Shown here piece by piece: positions 48,273-58,125 of a DNA stretch of 64,000 nt. The stretch is from Acidobacteriota bacterium (GTDB lineage: Bacteria > Acidobacteriota > Vicinamibacteria > Vicinamibacterales > SCN-69-37), in assembly GCA_003242705.2 (NCBI GenBank), contig QGVF02000010.1:19541-83540 (forward strand). Direction: 5' to 3'. The position numbers were made by a program, and so were the translations under genes. Under the pieces are notes generated by a model. The model was not told where the DNA came from. It worked only from the letters and a program-made list of their open reading frames with translations, and did not search any database. The number at the start of each line of letters is the position of its first letter. Position 1 is the stretch's first letter.

Positions 48273-49820
48273 ATGCACACCGTCACCGCCGCCGTTGCGG
48301 CCATCCGCCTGCACCCGTCCGACAACGTTGTCGTGGCGCGCGAGCCGATCGCGCCCGGCAGCCAGGTCATCCCGGGCGACATCGTCGCCATCGAGCGTAT
48401 TCCGGCCGGGCACAAGATGGCCGCCCGGGCGATTGCCGACGGCGAGCCGATCGTCCGTTACGGTGAGATCATCGGCTTCGCCCACGGCGGCATCGCGCCG
48501 GGCGCGCACGTCCACACGCACAACTGCCGGCTGCGCGAGTTCGCGCGGCAGTATGAGTTCGGCACGGCGCTGAAGACACTCGAGCCGCCTGCCGCTCCCG
48601 CCACGTTCAACGGGATCGTCCGGCCCGACGGGCGGATTGCGACGCGCAACTACATCGCCATCCTCTCGTCGGTCAACTGTTCGGCGACCGTCTCGCGATA
48701 CATCGCCGATGCGTTCCGACGTCATCCCGCCACCGGCGACGGCCTGCTCGCCGACTACCCGAACATCGACGGCGTCGTCGCCCTGACGCACCGGACCGGC
48801 TGCGGCCAGGCCGCCGAGGGCGAGGGCATCGACGTGTTGCGGCGGACGATGGGGGGATTTGCCCGGCACCCGAACTTCGCGGCGACGTTCATGATCGGGC
48901 TCGGCTGCGAAACGAACCAGGTGAACGACATCATCACGACGCAGCGGCTGAAGATGGCGAAGACGCTGCAGGCGTTCACCATTCAGGAGACGGGCGGAAC
49001 CCGGAAGACCGTCGAGCGCGGTATTGCGCAGATCAAAGAGCTGCTGCCCGACCTGAACCGGGTGACCCGCCAGCCGGTGCCCGCCTCCGAGCTCGTCGTC
49101 GCGCTGCAGTGCGGCGGATCGGACGGCTACTCCGGCATCACGGCGAATCCGGCGCTTGGCGTCGCGTCGGATCTGGTGGTGCGCCATGGCGGCACGGTGA
49201 TCCTGTCGGAAACGCCCGAGACGTACGGCGCCGAGCACCTGCTGACGCGCCGCGCCGTCAGCCGCGAGGTCGGCGAGAAGCTGCTCGCGCTGTTCGACTG
49301 GTGGCGCGACTACTGCGCGCGCAACGGCGGCGAGTTCGACAACAATCCGAGCCCGGGCAACAAGCTCGGCGGCATCACGACGATTGTCGAGAAATCGCTC
49401 GGCGCGCTGGCCAAGGCGGGCAGCACGAATCTCGTCGACGTCCTGCGCTACGCCGAGCCGGTGCGGGCGAAAGGTTTCGTCTTCATGGATACGCCCGGCT
49501 ACGACCCCGTGTCGGTGACGGGGCAGGTGGCCGGCGGCGCCAACCTCATCTGCTTCACGACCGGCCGCGGCTCGGTGTTCGGCGGGGTGCCTGCTCCGTC
49601 GCTGAAGCTGTCGACTACGACGCGGCTCTACGAGCGCATGCCGGAGGACATCGACCTCAACTGCGGCGGGATTGCCGACGGCACCGACACGATCGAGGCG
49701 TGCGGCGCGCGCATCTTCGAGGCGATGCTGCGCGTGGCATCGGGCGGGAAGACGAAGAGCGAGGTGCAGGGCTTCGGCGAAGCCGAGTTCGCGCCCTGGC
49801 AGATCGGCGCGGTGATGTGA
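48273..49820 (+). CDS. UxaA-family sugar-acid dehydratase, closest by eye to galactarate dehydratase (GarD)
   Basis: N-terminal SAF domain (IPAGHKMA...GEPIVRYGEIIG). PASELVVALQCGGSDGYSGITANPALGVASDLVVR and NPSPGNKLGGITTIVEKSLGA match GarD blocks. Confidence 0.82.
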   Translation: MHTVTAAVAAIRLHPSDNVVVAREPIAPGSQVIPGDIVAIERIPAGHKMAARAIADGEPIVRYGEIIGFAHGGIAPGAHVHTHNCRLREFARQYEFGTALKTLEPPAAPATFNGIVRPDGRIATRNYIAILSSVNCSATVSRYIADAFRRHPATGDGLLADYPNIDGVVALTHRTGCGQAAEGEGIDVLRRTMGGFARHPNFAATFMIGLGCETNQVNDIITTQRLKMAKTLQAFTIQETGGTRKTVERGIAQIKELLPDLNRVTRQPVPASELVVALQCGGSDGYSGITANPALGVASDLVVRHGGTVILSETPETYGAEHLLTRRAVSREVGEKLLALFDWWRDYCARNGGEFDNNPSPGNKLGGITTIVEKSLGALAKAGSTNLVDVLRYAEPVRAKGFVFMDTPGYDPVSVTGQVAGGANLICFTTGRGSVFGGVPAPSLKLSTTTRLYERMPEDIDLNCGGIADGTDTIEACGARIFEAMLRVASGGKTKSEVQGFGEAEFAPWQIGAVM

Positions 49821-49839
49821 GGCGGGCGCAGCGCGGGGG

Positions 49840-51384
49840 TTACCGCGCCGCGCCGACCGTCGACGAACCGGCGGTTCGCGAGGCGAGCGCCGCTTCGCGC
49901 TCGAGCACGGCCTGCTCGAACAGTTCGCGCACCTGAGGACTGGTGCGGAACTCGGCCAGAATCCGGCCGCGCCCGCTCGTCTGAATCTCGTGGATGACGT
50001 AGCCGAGCACGGTGGCCATCACCGTGCCCTCTTCCGAGCGCGTGTTCCGGAAGCGCTGCTCGAAGCGGCGCAGCACCGGGACGATCTCTTCCGTGTCCCA
50101 GGCCGTGAGCGGATAGTCGAGCGCCATGAAGTCGGCGAGCGCCTCGGCAAAGGCGCGAGGCGCGGGACGATGCCAGAAGGCGACGTCGGTGCCGAAGGCG
50201 TCGACCTGCTGCGGCAGGTAGAGCGTGGCCCGTGCCGGCACCTGACGCACGAGCGCCGGGTTGTAGCGCCGGATCTCGTCGACGCTCAGCCGCGTCCGGC
50301 GCTGGATCTCGGAGATCGGCAGGGCCCGCTTCGTGCGCATCGCGTGGATGCGCACCTGCTTCTGCGACTCCATGATCCGGCGCACGTTGAACATGTTGCC
50401 GAAGACCATCTCGGAGTAGTAGTAGGACCGCGGGCCGTACGTGCCGTAGACGTCGCGGTAACTGCGCGGCGCGATCGCGCGGATGTCGCGCGTGAACGCG
50501 GCGCCGAGCAGGTAGCGCTCGCGGACGTTCGAGCCGCCGAGCCGCTCACCGTTGCTGATGGTGCGGCCAACGTTCGTGCCGCCGGCGTGATGTTCGGACA
50601 GCGCCGGAATGTAGCTGCCGTACTTCGTGGCGAGTACCGTGAGATAGGCCGCGCAATACGGCACCTGCGTCGTCTGGTTGTAGCCTTCGATGACGTGGGG
50701 CGACAGGCGCTTGAGCATGTTCCAGTTGCCCATCAGCCACTGGCAGAAGCCGATGGCGCGCGCCTCGGAGCGGACCGTGCCGTTCAGGCCCGATTCGATC
50801 AGCCCCTGTGCGAGCCCCAGCTCGGCCGGCACACCGAACCGCTCGTAGATGCGTCCCCATTCCTCGAGGAAGCGACCGTAGCGCTCGGCGTTCGGGGCAA
50901 CGAACAGGCCGCGCGTGGGATTGTGCACGACCGGACCGACGACCCGCTCGAGCAGCTGGGCCACCTGATCGCGCCGGTCGCCGAGGTTCTTCGACAGGTT
51001 CTGGCGCGCGAGCACCTTGCGGAGCGACGGATCGTCCCACACCCCTTCGCGCGTCCAGTCGCCGCGCGCGGGGAAGACGGCCAGGAGCCGGCCGTCGACC
51101 GCGCTGCCGAAGGCCACCGAGCCGTCCGGAATCCTGAAGACGTGCTGCCAGAACGCGTAGCCGGGCCGGTAGGCCTGCATGGCCAGCAGGTCTTCCTGGA
51201 ACCTGGTGTCGGCGTACTGCCTGACGAGCTCGGCTGCCGACAGGTCTTCGAGAGTGGCCGCGCTGGCCGCGGCCGCCGGGCGGGCGGCATTCTGCGGGCC
51301 TTCGGCGGATGCCGGCGCGGCTGACAGAAATGTAAACGCGGCGGCAGCCGCAAGTCCGAGGGCGGCGGGGAGAGTTCTCTGCAT
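49840..51384 (-). CDS. secreted lytic transglycosylase (SLT) domain protein
   Basis: Signal peptide ...APASAEG. LAQGLIESGLN (catalytic Glu-Ser) and AIGFCQW motifs. Confidence 0.7.
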   Translation of the reverse strand: MQRTLPAALGLAAAAAFTFLSAAPASAEGPQNAARPAAAASAATLEDLSAAELVRQYADTRFQEDLLAMQAYRPGYAFWQHVFRIPDGSVAFGSAVDGRLLAVFPARGDWTREGVWDDPSLRKVLARQNLSKNLGDRRDQVAQLLERVVGPVVHNPTRGLFVAPNAERYGRFLEEWGRIYERFGVPAELGLAQGLIESGLNGTVRSEARAIGFCQWLMGNWNMLKRLSPHVIEGYNQTTQVPYCAAYLTVLATKYGSYIPALSEHHAGGTNVGRTISNGERLGGSNVRERYLLGAAFTRDIRAIAPRSYRDVYGTYGPRSYYYSEMVFGNMFNVRRIMESQKQVRIHAMRTKRALPISEIQRRTRLSVDEIRRYNPALVRQVPARATLYLPQQVDAFGTDVAFWHRPAPRAFAEALADFMALDYPLTAWDTEEIVPVLRRFEQRFRNTRSEEGTVMATVLGYVIHEIQTSGRGRILAEFRTSPQVRELFEQAVLEREAALASRTAGSSTVGAAR

Positions 51385-51576
51385 TGCTTCGTCGTTCCTC
51401 AGAGACGCCGGACGTTCGGACGTCGGCGGGGGCCCGCTGGTCGGCCTCCCGTCGCAAGTCGTGATCGATGTGCCCCGATCATAGTACGGAAGACCGGCGA
51501 TCGACGCCCCTCTTCCACCCTATCGGTTCGTCGGCAGTGAAGTACAGTCGCCTTCGTCACGCGACGCGTGGGCACG

Positions 51577-53913
51577 TCACCGCAGCGAGGCGACAAGGGC
51601 GGCCGCGGCCGGATCGTCGGGCCAGGCGGCCGCAAAGCGTGCGGCGGCCGCGCGCGCCGCGTCGAGGCGGCCGGCATCGCGATGGAACGTGGCGAGCGCC
51701 TGCAGGCTGTCGCGATCGCGCGGGTGCCGGGCAAGCACGTCTTCGAGCACGGCGATCGCGCGATCGGGCGCGCCGGTGCTGTGCAGGGCGACCGCCCACG
51801 CGTAGCCGAAGCGCGCCGCCTCCGGTGCGAGCCGGGCGGCCCGGCCGAGCGCTTCGACCGCCTCGGCGCGGCGCCCGGCGCGCACGAGCGAGAGTCCGAG
51901 CGCGTGATGGAGCTCGGCGCGATCACCGGCGCGCGCCAGTCCGTCGCGCAGGACGCGTTCGGCGTCGCGCTCGCGCTCGAGACGCGAGTACAGGTCCGCC
52001 AGGTTGATGTAGGTCGCCGTGAAGTCGGGTGCGAGGCGCAGTGCGGCCTCGTACTCGGCGATCGCCGCGTCGGTACGCCCGGCGGCCGCGAGCAGCGACG
52101 CGTTCATGTTGCGCGTTTCCGGGCGATCGGCATTGAAGCGCAGGCTCGCGTCGAGCTCTTCGCGGGCCCGCGCCACGACGTCGTCGCCGCCGGCCGTCCG
52201 GACGCCGACGCCGGCGCCCGCCACGACGCGCGCGGCTTCGATGCGGACGGCGCGGGAGCGGTCGCCGAGCGCGGCCGCGGCGAGCGTGAGGCGATCGCGC
52301 GGCGGCAGGGCCCCGGCAATCTGCAGCGCGGCGAGTCGGACCTCGGGCGCGGGATCGTCGAGGCCGCGTGCCGCCAGCGCCGCCGCCTCCGGTCCCGGAT
52401 GTCGCGCGAGGCGCTCGAGCGCCGACGCCCGTACGATCGGCGGCTGCGTGTCGTCGCGCGCAATCGCCGCCAGGCCCTCCGCCGCGCCGGGCGCGTCGCG
52501 CTCATCGGCCGCGAAGGCCACGGCGAAAGTCTGAAATCCAGCTGCCGGGCGGCCCAGCCATTCCTCGACGCGCGCGGCGGCCCACACGTGATTGCGATCC
52601 GTGTGGCAGTCGGTGCACGGGTTCGGCACGCCGAGCGACACGGACAGATCGGGACGCGGCACCCGCAGGCTGTGATCGCGCCGCGGATCGATCTGCATGT
52701 AGACCCGCTCCGGCATGTGGCAGGCCACGCAGGCCGCGCCCGTGCTGCCCGTCGGGTGCCGGTGATGATCGGCCGAGTCGTAGCGGGCCGGGAGGTGACA
52801 CTGCGCACAGAGGGCGTTGCCCGGCGCGCGCAGCGTGGCCGAGTGCGGCTCGTGGCAGTCGGAGCAGGTCACGCCGGCGTGCGCCATGCGGCTCTGGAGA
52901 AACGAGGTGTGCGTGTAGACCTCGTCGAGCTGCTGACCGTCGGGATGAAACAGGCCCGGGGCGATCGTCACCGGCCGGTAGAAATCCATCAACGGCAGGC
53001 CGGGGCGGAAGCCGTCGGCGAGCTGGGTGCGGCGCGAGTGGCACGGGGCGCAGACCGACAGCTCGCGGTCGGTCGTCCGCGGCGCGCTCCGCACGGGCCG
53101 TGCCGTGGCCGGATCGATCGTCCAGCCGATGCCGCGCCGCTCGTCGAGCGCGATCGTCAGGCCGTTGTCGCGCCAGCCGAGCGCGCGACGCCACGCCGGC
53201 GTGCGCGCCCAGCGCACGTGCTCGCTGCCCGGGCCGTGACACGCTTCGCAGCCGACGCTGATTTCGCTCCACGTCGTCGCGAAGCGATCCGTCCCGGCGT
53301 CGTAGTTCTTGCGCAGCGCCGTCGAGTGGCAGTCGGCGCACATGAAGTTCCAGTTCTGCTGCCGGCCCGTCCAGTGCAGCTCGTCACCGGGGGGCGGCAC
53401 ATCGTCGGCGTACAGGTGGAACCAGCGCTGTCCGCCCGCCTCGGCCGGCCGGCTGTCCCATGCCACCGACAAGGCCTGCAGGCGGCCATCGGGCCGTGCG
53501 ACGAGGTACTGCTGAATCGGGTCGACGCCGAACGTGTAGGCGATGTCGAACTCGGTCGGAGTACCGTGCTCGTCCTCGGTACGGACCCGGAACGCCTCGC
53601 CCTGCCGCGAGAACGCGGTCTCGGAGTGACCCGCAACGAACGGCGGCGCCTCGAAGTCGCCGAGTACCCTGTCGGGCGTCGCGGCGGCCATGGCCTGCTC
53701 GTGCTGCGACTGCTGCCAGGCCTCATGCTGGGCAGCGTGACAGCCGGTGCAGGTCGTGCTGCCGACGTACTGCGCCGCAGTAATGGCGGCGGGATTGTCG
53801 CGCACGCTGCGCGCCGTGGCCCGGATTCCCACCGCGGCTGCGAGCAGGACGACGGCCGCAGCCGTCGCGAGCGTCCGGACGGTGCGGGCGGCTGGCTTAC
53901 GGGAGCGCGGCAT
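51577..53913 (-). CDS. octaheme c-type cytochrome fused to a C-terminal TPR domain
   Basis: N-terminal anchor or signal. Eight CxxCH motifs (CTGCH, CADCH, CEACH, CAPCH, CSDCH, CAQCH, CVACH, CTDCH). The C-terminal 300 aa or so consists of Ala/Arg-rich TPR-like repeats. Confidence 0.85.
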   Translation of the reverse strand: MPRSRKPAARTVRTLATAAAVVLLAAAVGIRATARSVRDNPAAITAAQYVGSTTCTGCHAAQHEAWQQSQHEQAMAAATPDRVLGDFEAPPFVAGHSETAFSRQGEAFRVRTEDEHGTPTEFDIAYTFGVDPIQQYLVARPDGRLQALSVAWDSRPAEAGGQRWFHLYADDVPPPGDELHWTGRQQNWNFMCADCHSTALRKNYDAGTDRFATTWSEISVGCEACHGPGSEHVRWARTPAWRRALGWRDNGLTIALDERRGIGWTIDPATARPVRSAPRTTDRELSVCAPCHSRRTQLADGFRPGLPLMDFYRPVTIAPGLFHPDGQQLDEVYTHTSFLQSRMAHAGVTCSDCHEPHSATLRAPGNALCAQCHLPARYDSADHHRHPTGSTGAACVACHMPERVYMQIDPRRDHSLRVPRPDLSVSLGVPNPCTDCHTDRNHVWAAARVEEWLGRPAAGFQTFAVAFAADERDAPGAAEGLAAIARDDTQPPIVRASALERLARHPGPEAAALAARGLDDPAPEVRLAALQIAGALPPRDRLTLAAAALGDRSRAVRIEAARVVAGAGVGVRTAGGDDVVARAREELDASLRFNADRPETRNMNASLLAAAGRTDAAIAEYEAALRLAPDFTATYINLADLYSRLERERDAERVLRDGLARAGDRAELHHALGLSLVRAGRRAEAVEALGRAARLAPEAARFGYAWAVALHSTGAPDRAIAVLEDVLARHPRDRDSLQALATFHRDAGRLDAARAAAARFAAAWPDDPAAAALVASLR

Positions 53914-53971
53914 CGATCATCGGGTCCGACAGTGTTTGACGCGCAAAGGGAACGTCGCAATACTGTCGCGC

Positions 53972-55486
53972 ATGCGAAGCGTTGACGCAATTGCGGCGGC
54001 CGTGCTCCTGGCGACTGCCATGGCCATCGGCTGCGGCGAGACGGGCGCTCCCGCCCCGGCCGGCACGACCGCGGCGCGCCCGAACGTGGTGTTCGTACTG
54101 ACCGACGATCAGCGGTGGGATGCGATCTCGCTGCAGGGCAACTCGGGCCCGCTCGAGACGCCGAACATCGATCGGCTCGGGCGTGAAGGCGTCTACTTCC
54201 GCAACGCGTTCGCCACGACCTCGCTCTGTTCGCCGAGCCGCGCGACGATCCTCACCGGGCTGTACGCGCACGCGCACGGCGTGACCGACAACTTCACCGA
54301 GTTCCCCGAAGATACGCGGACCTGGCCGCTCGTCCTGCAGCAGCACGGGTACGAGACCGCCTACATCGGCAAGTACCACATGGGCGAAGACAACGACGAG
54401 CCCCGGGCCGGTTTCGACTACTTCGCCACGCACCGCGGGCAGGGGCAGTACTTCGACACCGAGTGGCGCATCAACGGCGGCGAGCGCCAGGTCATCCCCG
54501 GCTACTACACGACCGTCGTGACCGACCTGGCCGAGCAGTGGATCCGCGGCCGCTCGGGCGATCGGCCGTGGGCGATCATGATCGGCCACAAGGCGCCGCA
54601 CAGCTTCTACTACCCCGAGGAGAAGTACGCGCAGGCGTTCGCCGACGTGCAGGTGCCGTATCCGCCGTCGGCGTTCATGCTCGACGACAAGCCGGCGTGG
54701 TATCGCGAGCGGCTGCCGACCTGGCACGGCATCTACGGTCCGCTGTTCGACTACCGCAGACAGTTCCCGGACAGCCGGCCCGAAGGCGTGGCGGCCTTCG
54801 AGGAGATGGTCCGCTCGTACTGGCGGACGATTCTCAGCGTCGACGACAGCGTCGGCCGGCTCTATGCGCTGCTCGAGGAGCTCGGCCAGCTCGACAACAC
54901 GCTGTTCATCTTCGCGTCGGACCACGGCATCCTGAACGGCGAGCACGGGATGATCGACAAGCGGACGGCGCACGAGCCGAGCATCCGCATCCCGCTCGTC
55001 GTCCGCTATCCCGGCCTGACGTCGCCCGCGTCGCCGCGCGTGGTCGACCAGATGGTGCTGACGACCGACTTCGCGCCGTCGATCGTCGACATCGCCGGCA
55101 TTGCGCCCGAGGGCTTCGAGCACGGACGGTCGTGGAAGGCGCTCGCCCAGGGGCGGAACGTGCCCGACTGGCGGACGAGCTACGTCTACATCTACAACTA
55201 CGAGCGGCAGTTCCCGTACACGCCGAACGTGCGCGCCATCCGGACCGACCGCTGGAAGTACATCCGGTATCCGAACGCGACGCCCGAGCACAAGAGCGAG
55301 CTCTACGACCTGGTCGAAGATCCGGACGAGCTCGTGAACCTGATCGACGACCCGTCACACCGCGCGCGGGTCGCCGAGCTGCACCGCGAGCTCGATCGAC
55401 GCCTCAAGGAGCTCGGTGCCTGGCCCGACGTGATGCCCGTCGACGAGGGGATCGGCCAGCAGCTGCCCGACGAAGACATCCGCTGA
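53972..55486 (+). CDS. Cys-type sulfatase lipoprotein (N-acetylglucosamine-6-sulfatase-like)
   Basis: Lipobox [15 protein letters not shown] and the [11 protein letters not shown] formylglycine motif, plus a GKYH block. Confidence 0.9.
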   Translation: MRSVDAIAAAVLLATAMAIGCGETGAPAPAGTTAARPNVVFVLTDDQRWDAISLQGNSGPLETPNIDRLGREGVYFRNAFATTSLCSPSRATILTGLYAHAHGVTDNFTEFPEDTRTWPLVLQQHGYETAYIGKYHMGEDNDEPRAGFDYFATHRGQGQYFDTEWRINGGERQVIPGYYTTVVTDLAEQWIRGRSGDRPWAIMIGHKAPHSFYYPEEKYAQAFADVQVPYPPSAFMLDDKPAWYRERLPTWHGIYGPLFDYRRQFPDSRPEGVAAFEEMVRSYWRTILSVDDSVGRLYALLEELGQLDNTLFIFASDHGILNGEHGMIDKRTAHEPSIRIPLVVRYPGLTSPASPRVVDQMVLTTDFAPSIVDIAGIAPEGFEHGRSWKALAQGRNVPDWRTSYVYIYNYERQFPYTPNVRAIRTDRWKYIRYPNATPEHKSELYDLVEDPDELVNLIDDPSHRARVAELHRELDRRLKELGAWPDVMPVDEGIGQQLPDEDIR

Positions 55487-55548
55487 TCGCTGCCGGCACG
55501 CTTCCGCGCAGGAGCGTGCAGGGTCGACGATCGGCGCCGGAACCCGCG

Positions 55549-55585
55549 AAAGGCCGGCCTCGTAGAAACGAGGTGCGGCCTTTTT
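55549..55585 (+). terminator. intrinsic terminator after the sulfatase gene
   Basis: AAAGGCCGGCCTCGT-AGAA-ACGAGGTGCGGCCTTT hairpin followed by T5. Confidence 0.75.
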
Positions 55586-55596
55586 CGGGCTGTCGA

Positions 55597-55616
55597 ACTT
55601 TCGAATTTTCGAAAGT
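55597..55616. promoter_or_regulatory. perfect 9-2-9 inverted repeat; candidate ArsR-family operator overlapping the arsR-sulP promoter
   Basis: ACTTTCGAA-TT-TTCGAAAGT, an AT-rich island in GC-rich DNA. It ends 18 nt before the arsR ATG, and TAAGAT (55622-55627) follows as a possible -10. Confidence 0.6.
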
Positions 55617-55634
55617 GATGGTAAGATTGAACGG

Positions 55635-55979
55635 ATGTCCGACGCGATCAGGCAGTTCAAGGCGCAGCTCTTTCAGGCCCTCGCTCATCCGACCCGCATC
55701 GCCATCGTTGAAGCCCTCCGCGACGGCGAGGTGGGAGCCGGCGCGCTCGCCGAGCAGTTGCAGGTGGAGCAGGCGAACCTTTCGCAGCATCTCGCCGTGC
55801 TCCGCAACCGCCACATCGTCGTCGGCCGCAAGGAGGGTAATCAGGTCTTCTACACGGTCCGCGATCCTCTTCTGATAGATGTGCTCGACCGGCTCAAGAG
55901 CTTCATTGCCGGTCATCTGCAGGACACGCTCGCAGCCCTGAACGAGGCCGAGGCCGGGGGTGCCCTGTCGTCGCAATGA
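55635..55979 (+). CDS. ArsR/SmtB family transcriptional regulator, cysteine-free
   Basis: LAHPTRIAIVEAL...LSQHLAVLR winged-HTH signature. There is no Cys anywhere in the 114 aa. Confidence 0.88.
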   Translation: MSDAIRQFKAQLFQALAHPTRIAIVEALRDGEVGAGALAEQLQVEQANLSQHLAVLRNRHIVVGRKEGNQVFYTVRDPLLIDVLDRLKSFIAGHLQDTLAALNEAEAGGALSSQ

Positions 55980-57664
55980 CACCGAACAGCTCGCGTTATT
56001 CCTGGCGCCGCTTCACGCCGCGCCTGTTCACCTGCCTCGCGGGCTACAACCGCGAGACGTTCTCATCCGACCTGATCGCCGGACTGACCGTCGGGGTCGT
56101 CGCGCTGCCGCTGGCCATGGCCTTCGGCATCGCATCCGGCGTGACGCCGCAGGCCGGCATCTACACGGCCATCATCGGCGGCTTCATCGTGTCGTTCCTC
56201 GGCGGATCGCGCATCCAGATCGGCGGTCCGACCGGGGCGTTCGTCGTCATCGTCGCGGGCATCATCGCGCAGCACGGCCTGTCGGGCCTGCTGATGGTCA
56301 CGATGATGGCCGGCGTGCTCCTCCTGCTGTTCGCGGTCACCGGCCTGTCGCAGGCGGTCAAGTTCATGCCGCGCCCGGTCGTCATCGGCTTTACGAACGG
56401 CATTGCGCTGCTGATCGCCTCGACGCAGATCAAGGACTTCCTCGGCATGCGCATCCCCGAGCCGCCGAGCGAGTTCTTCGAGCGGATGCGGGTGCTCGCG
56501 GAGTCGATCCCGGCCATCGACCCGATCGCCGTGGGCCTCGGCGTCGTATCACTCGCGGCGATCCTCGTCTCGCCGCGGTACCTGCCGCGCGTGCCCGGCG
56601 CCGTCGTGGCGCTCGTGCTGGGGACGACGGCGGTGGCGCTGTTCGACCTGCCCGTCGAGACGATCGGCTCGCGGTTCGGTGGGATCCCGTCGAGCCTGCC
56701 GGCTGTCGACGTGCCCCGGTTCCGCGCGGACCTGATTATTCCGCTCCTGCCGTCGGCCTTTACGGTGGCGCTGCTCGCGGCGGTCGAGAGCCTGCTGTCG
56801 GCGGTCGTGGCCGACTCGATGTCGGGCGACCGCCACAACTCGCATGCCGAGATCATGGCGCAGGGCGTGGCGAACCTCGTGGTGCCGATCTTCGGCGGCA
56901 TCCCGGTGACGGGCGCCATCGCGCGGACGGCGACCAACTTCAAGTCCGGCGCGCGCACGCCCATCGCGGGCATCGTGCATGCGCTGACGCTGCTCGTGAT
57001 CGTGCTCGTGGCGGCACCGCTGGCCTACCACGTGCCGCTGGCCACGCTGGCGGCGGTGCTCTTCGTCGTGGCCTGGAACATGGGCGAGTGGCGCGAGATC
57101 GGCGACATCCTGAAGCTCGACCTCGCCGAGAAGTCGGTCTGGGTGATCACGTTCGCGCTGACGGTCATGGCCGACCTGACGGTGGCCGTCGAGACCGGCG
57201 TCGCGCTCGCCGCGCTGCTCTACATCCGGCGGGTGACCGAGACGACGAGCGTGACGCGGGTGACGCCGGAGTACCTGATCGAGGGGCGCGCGCACATCCT
57301 GCAGGACAAGGACATTCCGCCCTACGTCTCGATCCTGCGGATCCACGGCCCGTTCCTGTTCGGCATGACCGACAAGCTGGCCGAGGCAACCGAGAACCTC
57401 GACGAGCTCGGATCGATCGTCATCCTCCGGCTGCGGAACATGACGGCCATCGACTCGACCGGCCTGCACGCGCTCGAGGAGCTGAGCGATCGGCTCCGGC
57501 GCTCGGGACGGACGCTGCTGCTGTGCGGCGCGCGGCGGCAGCCGGCGGCCTTCCTGCAGCGGGCCGAGTTCATCGACCACGTTGGCGCCGAGAACATCCT
57601 GCCGCACGTGCAGGCGGCCATCGAGCGCGCCCGCGAGCTGTACGAAGGGCGCCACGCCGCGTAG
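55976..57664 (+). CDS. SulP family inorganic anion transporter with C-terminal STAS domain
   Basis: DLIAGLTVGVVALPLAMAF start and GGSRIQIGGPTGAF. The C-terminal STAS region has LRLRNMTAIDSTGL. ATGA overlap with arsR. Confidence 0.9.
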   Translation: MTPNSSRYSWRRFTPRLFTCLAGYNRETFSSDLIAGLTVGVVALPLAMAFGIASGVTPQAGIYTAIIGGFIVSFLGGSRIQIGGPTGAFVVIVAGIIAQHGLSGLLMVTMMAGVLLLLFAVTGLSQAVKFMPRPVVIGFTNGIALLIASTQIKDFLGMRIPEPPSEFFERMRVLAESIPAIDPIAVGLGVVSLAAILVSPRYLPRVPGAVVALVLGTTAVALFDLPVETIGSRFGGIPSSLPAVDVPRFRADLIIPLLPSAFTVALLAAVESLLSAVVADSMSGDRHNSHAEIMAQGVANLVVPIFGGIPVTGAIARTATNFKSGARTPIAGIVHALTLLVIVLVAAPLAYHVPLATLAAVLFVVAWNMGEWREIGDILKLDLAEKSVWVITFALTVMADLTVAVETGVALAALLYIRRVTETTSVTRVTPEYLIEGRAHILQDKDIPPYVSILRIHGPFLFGMTDKLAEATENLDELGSIVILRLRNMTAIDSTGLHALEELSDRLRRSGRTLLLCGARRQPAAFLQRAEFIDHVGAENILPHVQAAIERARELYEGRHAA

Positions 57665-58069
57665 CGCGGCTGCAACTTCAGGCGCGCATCCGGGTTTCTG
57701 CTCCATCGCGCGTCGCGCTCACCGCAGCGCGGCGCGCACGGAGCACGACCCATGCGCACGTTCGTTCAACTCCTGATTTTCGCGCTCGTCGTCGGCGCTA
57801 TCGCCGCGGCGATCGCTCCTCCGCTGGGCAGCTAGCGCGTCGCGTCCGTCTGCACGCCGTGGCGCGGTGCTCGAGCGGCCAAAGTGGGCAGCACGATGCT
57901 CATTGTGAGGACTGCGCGTATCGACGCACGGTGGACTCACGGCGAGCGCCGACATTTGTACCGGCAATTGCAGGGGCGCGAAGCGGGCACGAGGCTTGCC
58001 TTAGAGAGAGGCGAACGCCTTGTGTGATGCATAACGCATCACGAGCTGGGGAGCCAGGGTAGTTCGACA

Positions 58070-58102
58070 GGGGGCCGTCCTTCGGGGCGGCCTCCTTTTT
58101 TT
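58070..58102 (+). terminator. strong intrinsic terminator (11-bp GC stem, UUCG tetraloop, T7)
   Basis: GGGGGCCGTCC-TTCG-GGGCGGCCTCC followed by TTTTTTT. It lies 406 nt downstream of the sulP stop. Confidence 0.85.
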
Positions 58103-58125
58103 GTTGCTCGTGGTTCCGGTCGCGT

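Noticed and set aside
45734-48466. A 910-aa ORF antisense to glgX
   Set aside because: It is a shadow ORF. glgX on the opposite strand matches isoamylase-type GH13 motifs along its full length.
51568-53985. An 805-aa ORF antisense to the octaheme cytochrome
   Set aside because: It is a shadow ORF. The minus-strand frame carries eight CxxCH motifs and TPR repeats, while the plus frame has none.
57950-57975. A sigma-54 promoter-like CCGGCAATTGCA
   Set aside because: The GG and GC elements are only 5 nt apart rather than the roughly 10 nt required for a -24/-12 promoter.
57890-58102. Identity of the orphan RNA candidate with tmRNA, SRP RNA, RNase P RNA or 6S RNA
   Set aside because: It lacks a tRNA-like 3' end with a GGTTCGA T-loop and ACCA, the SRP domain IV GGAA/AGCA motif and the RNase P GAGGAAAGTCC box. 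6S cannot be excluded or supported from primary sequence alone.
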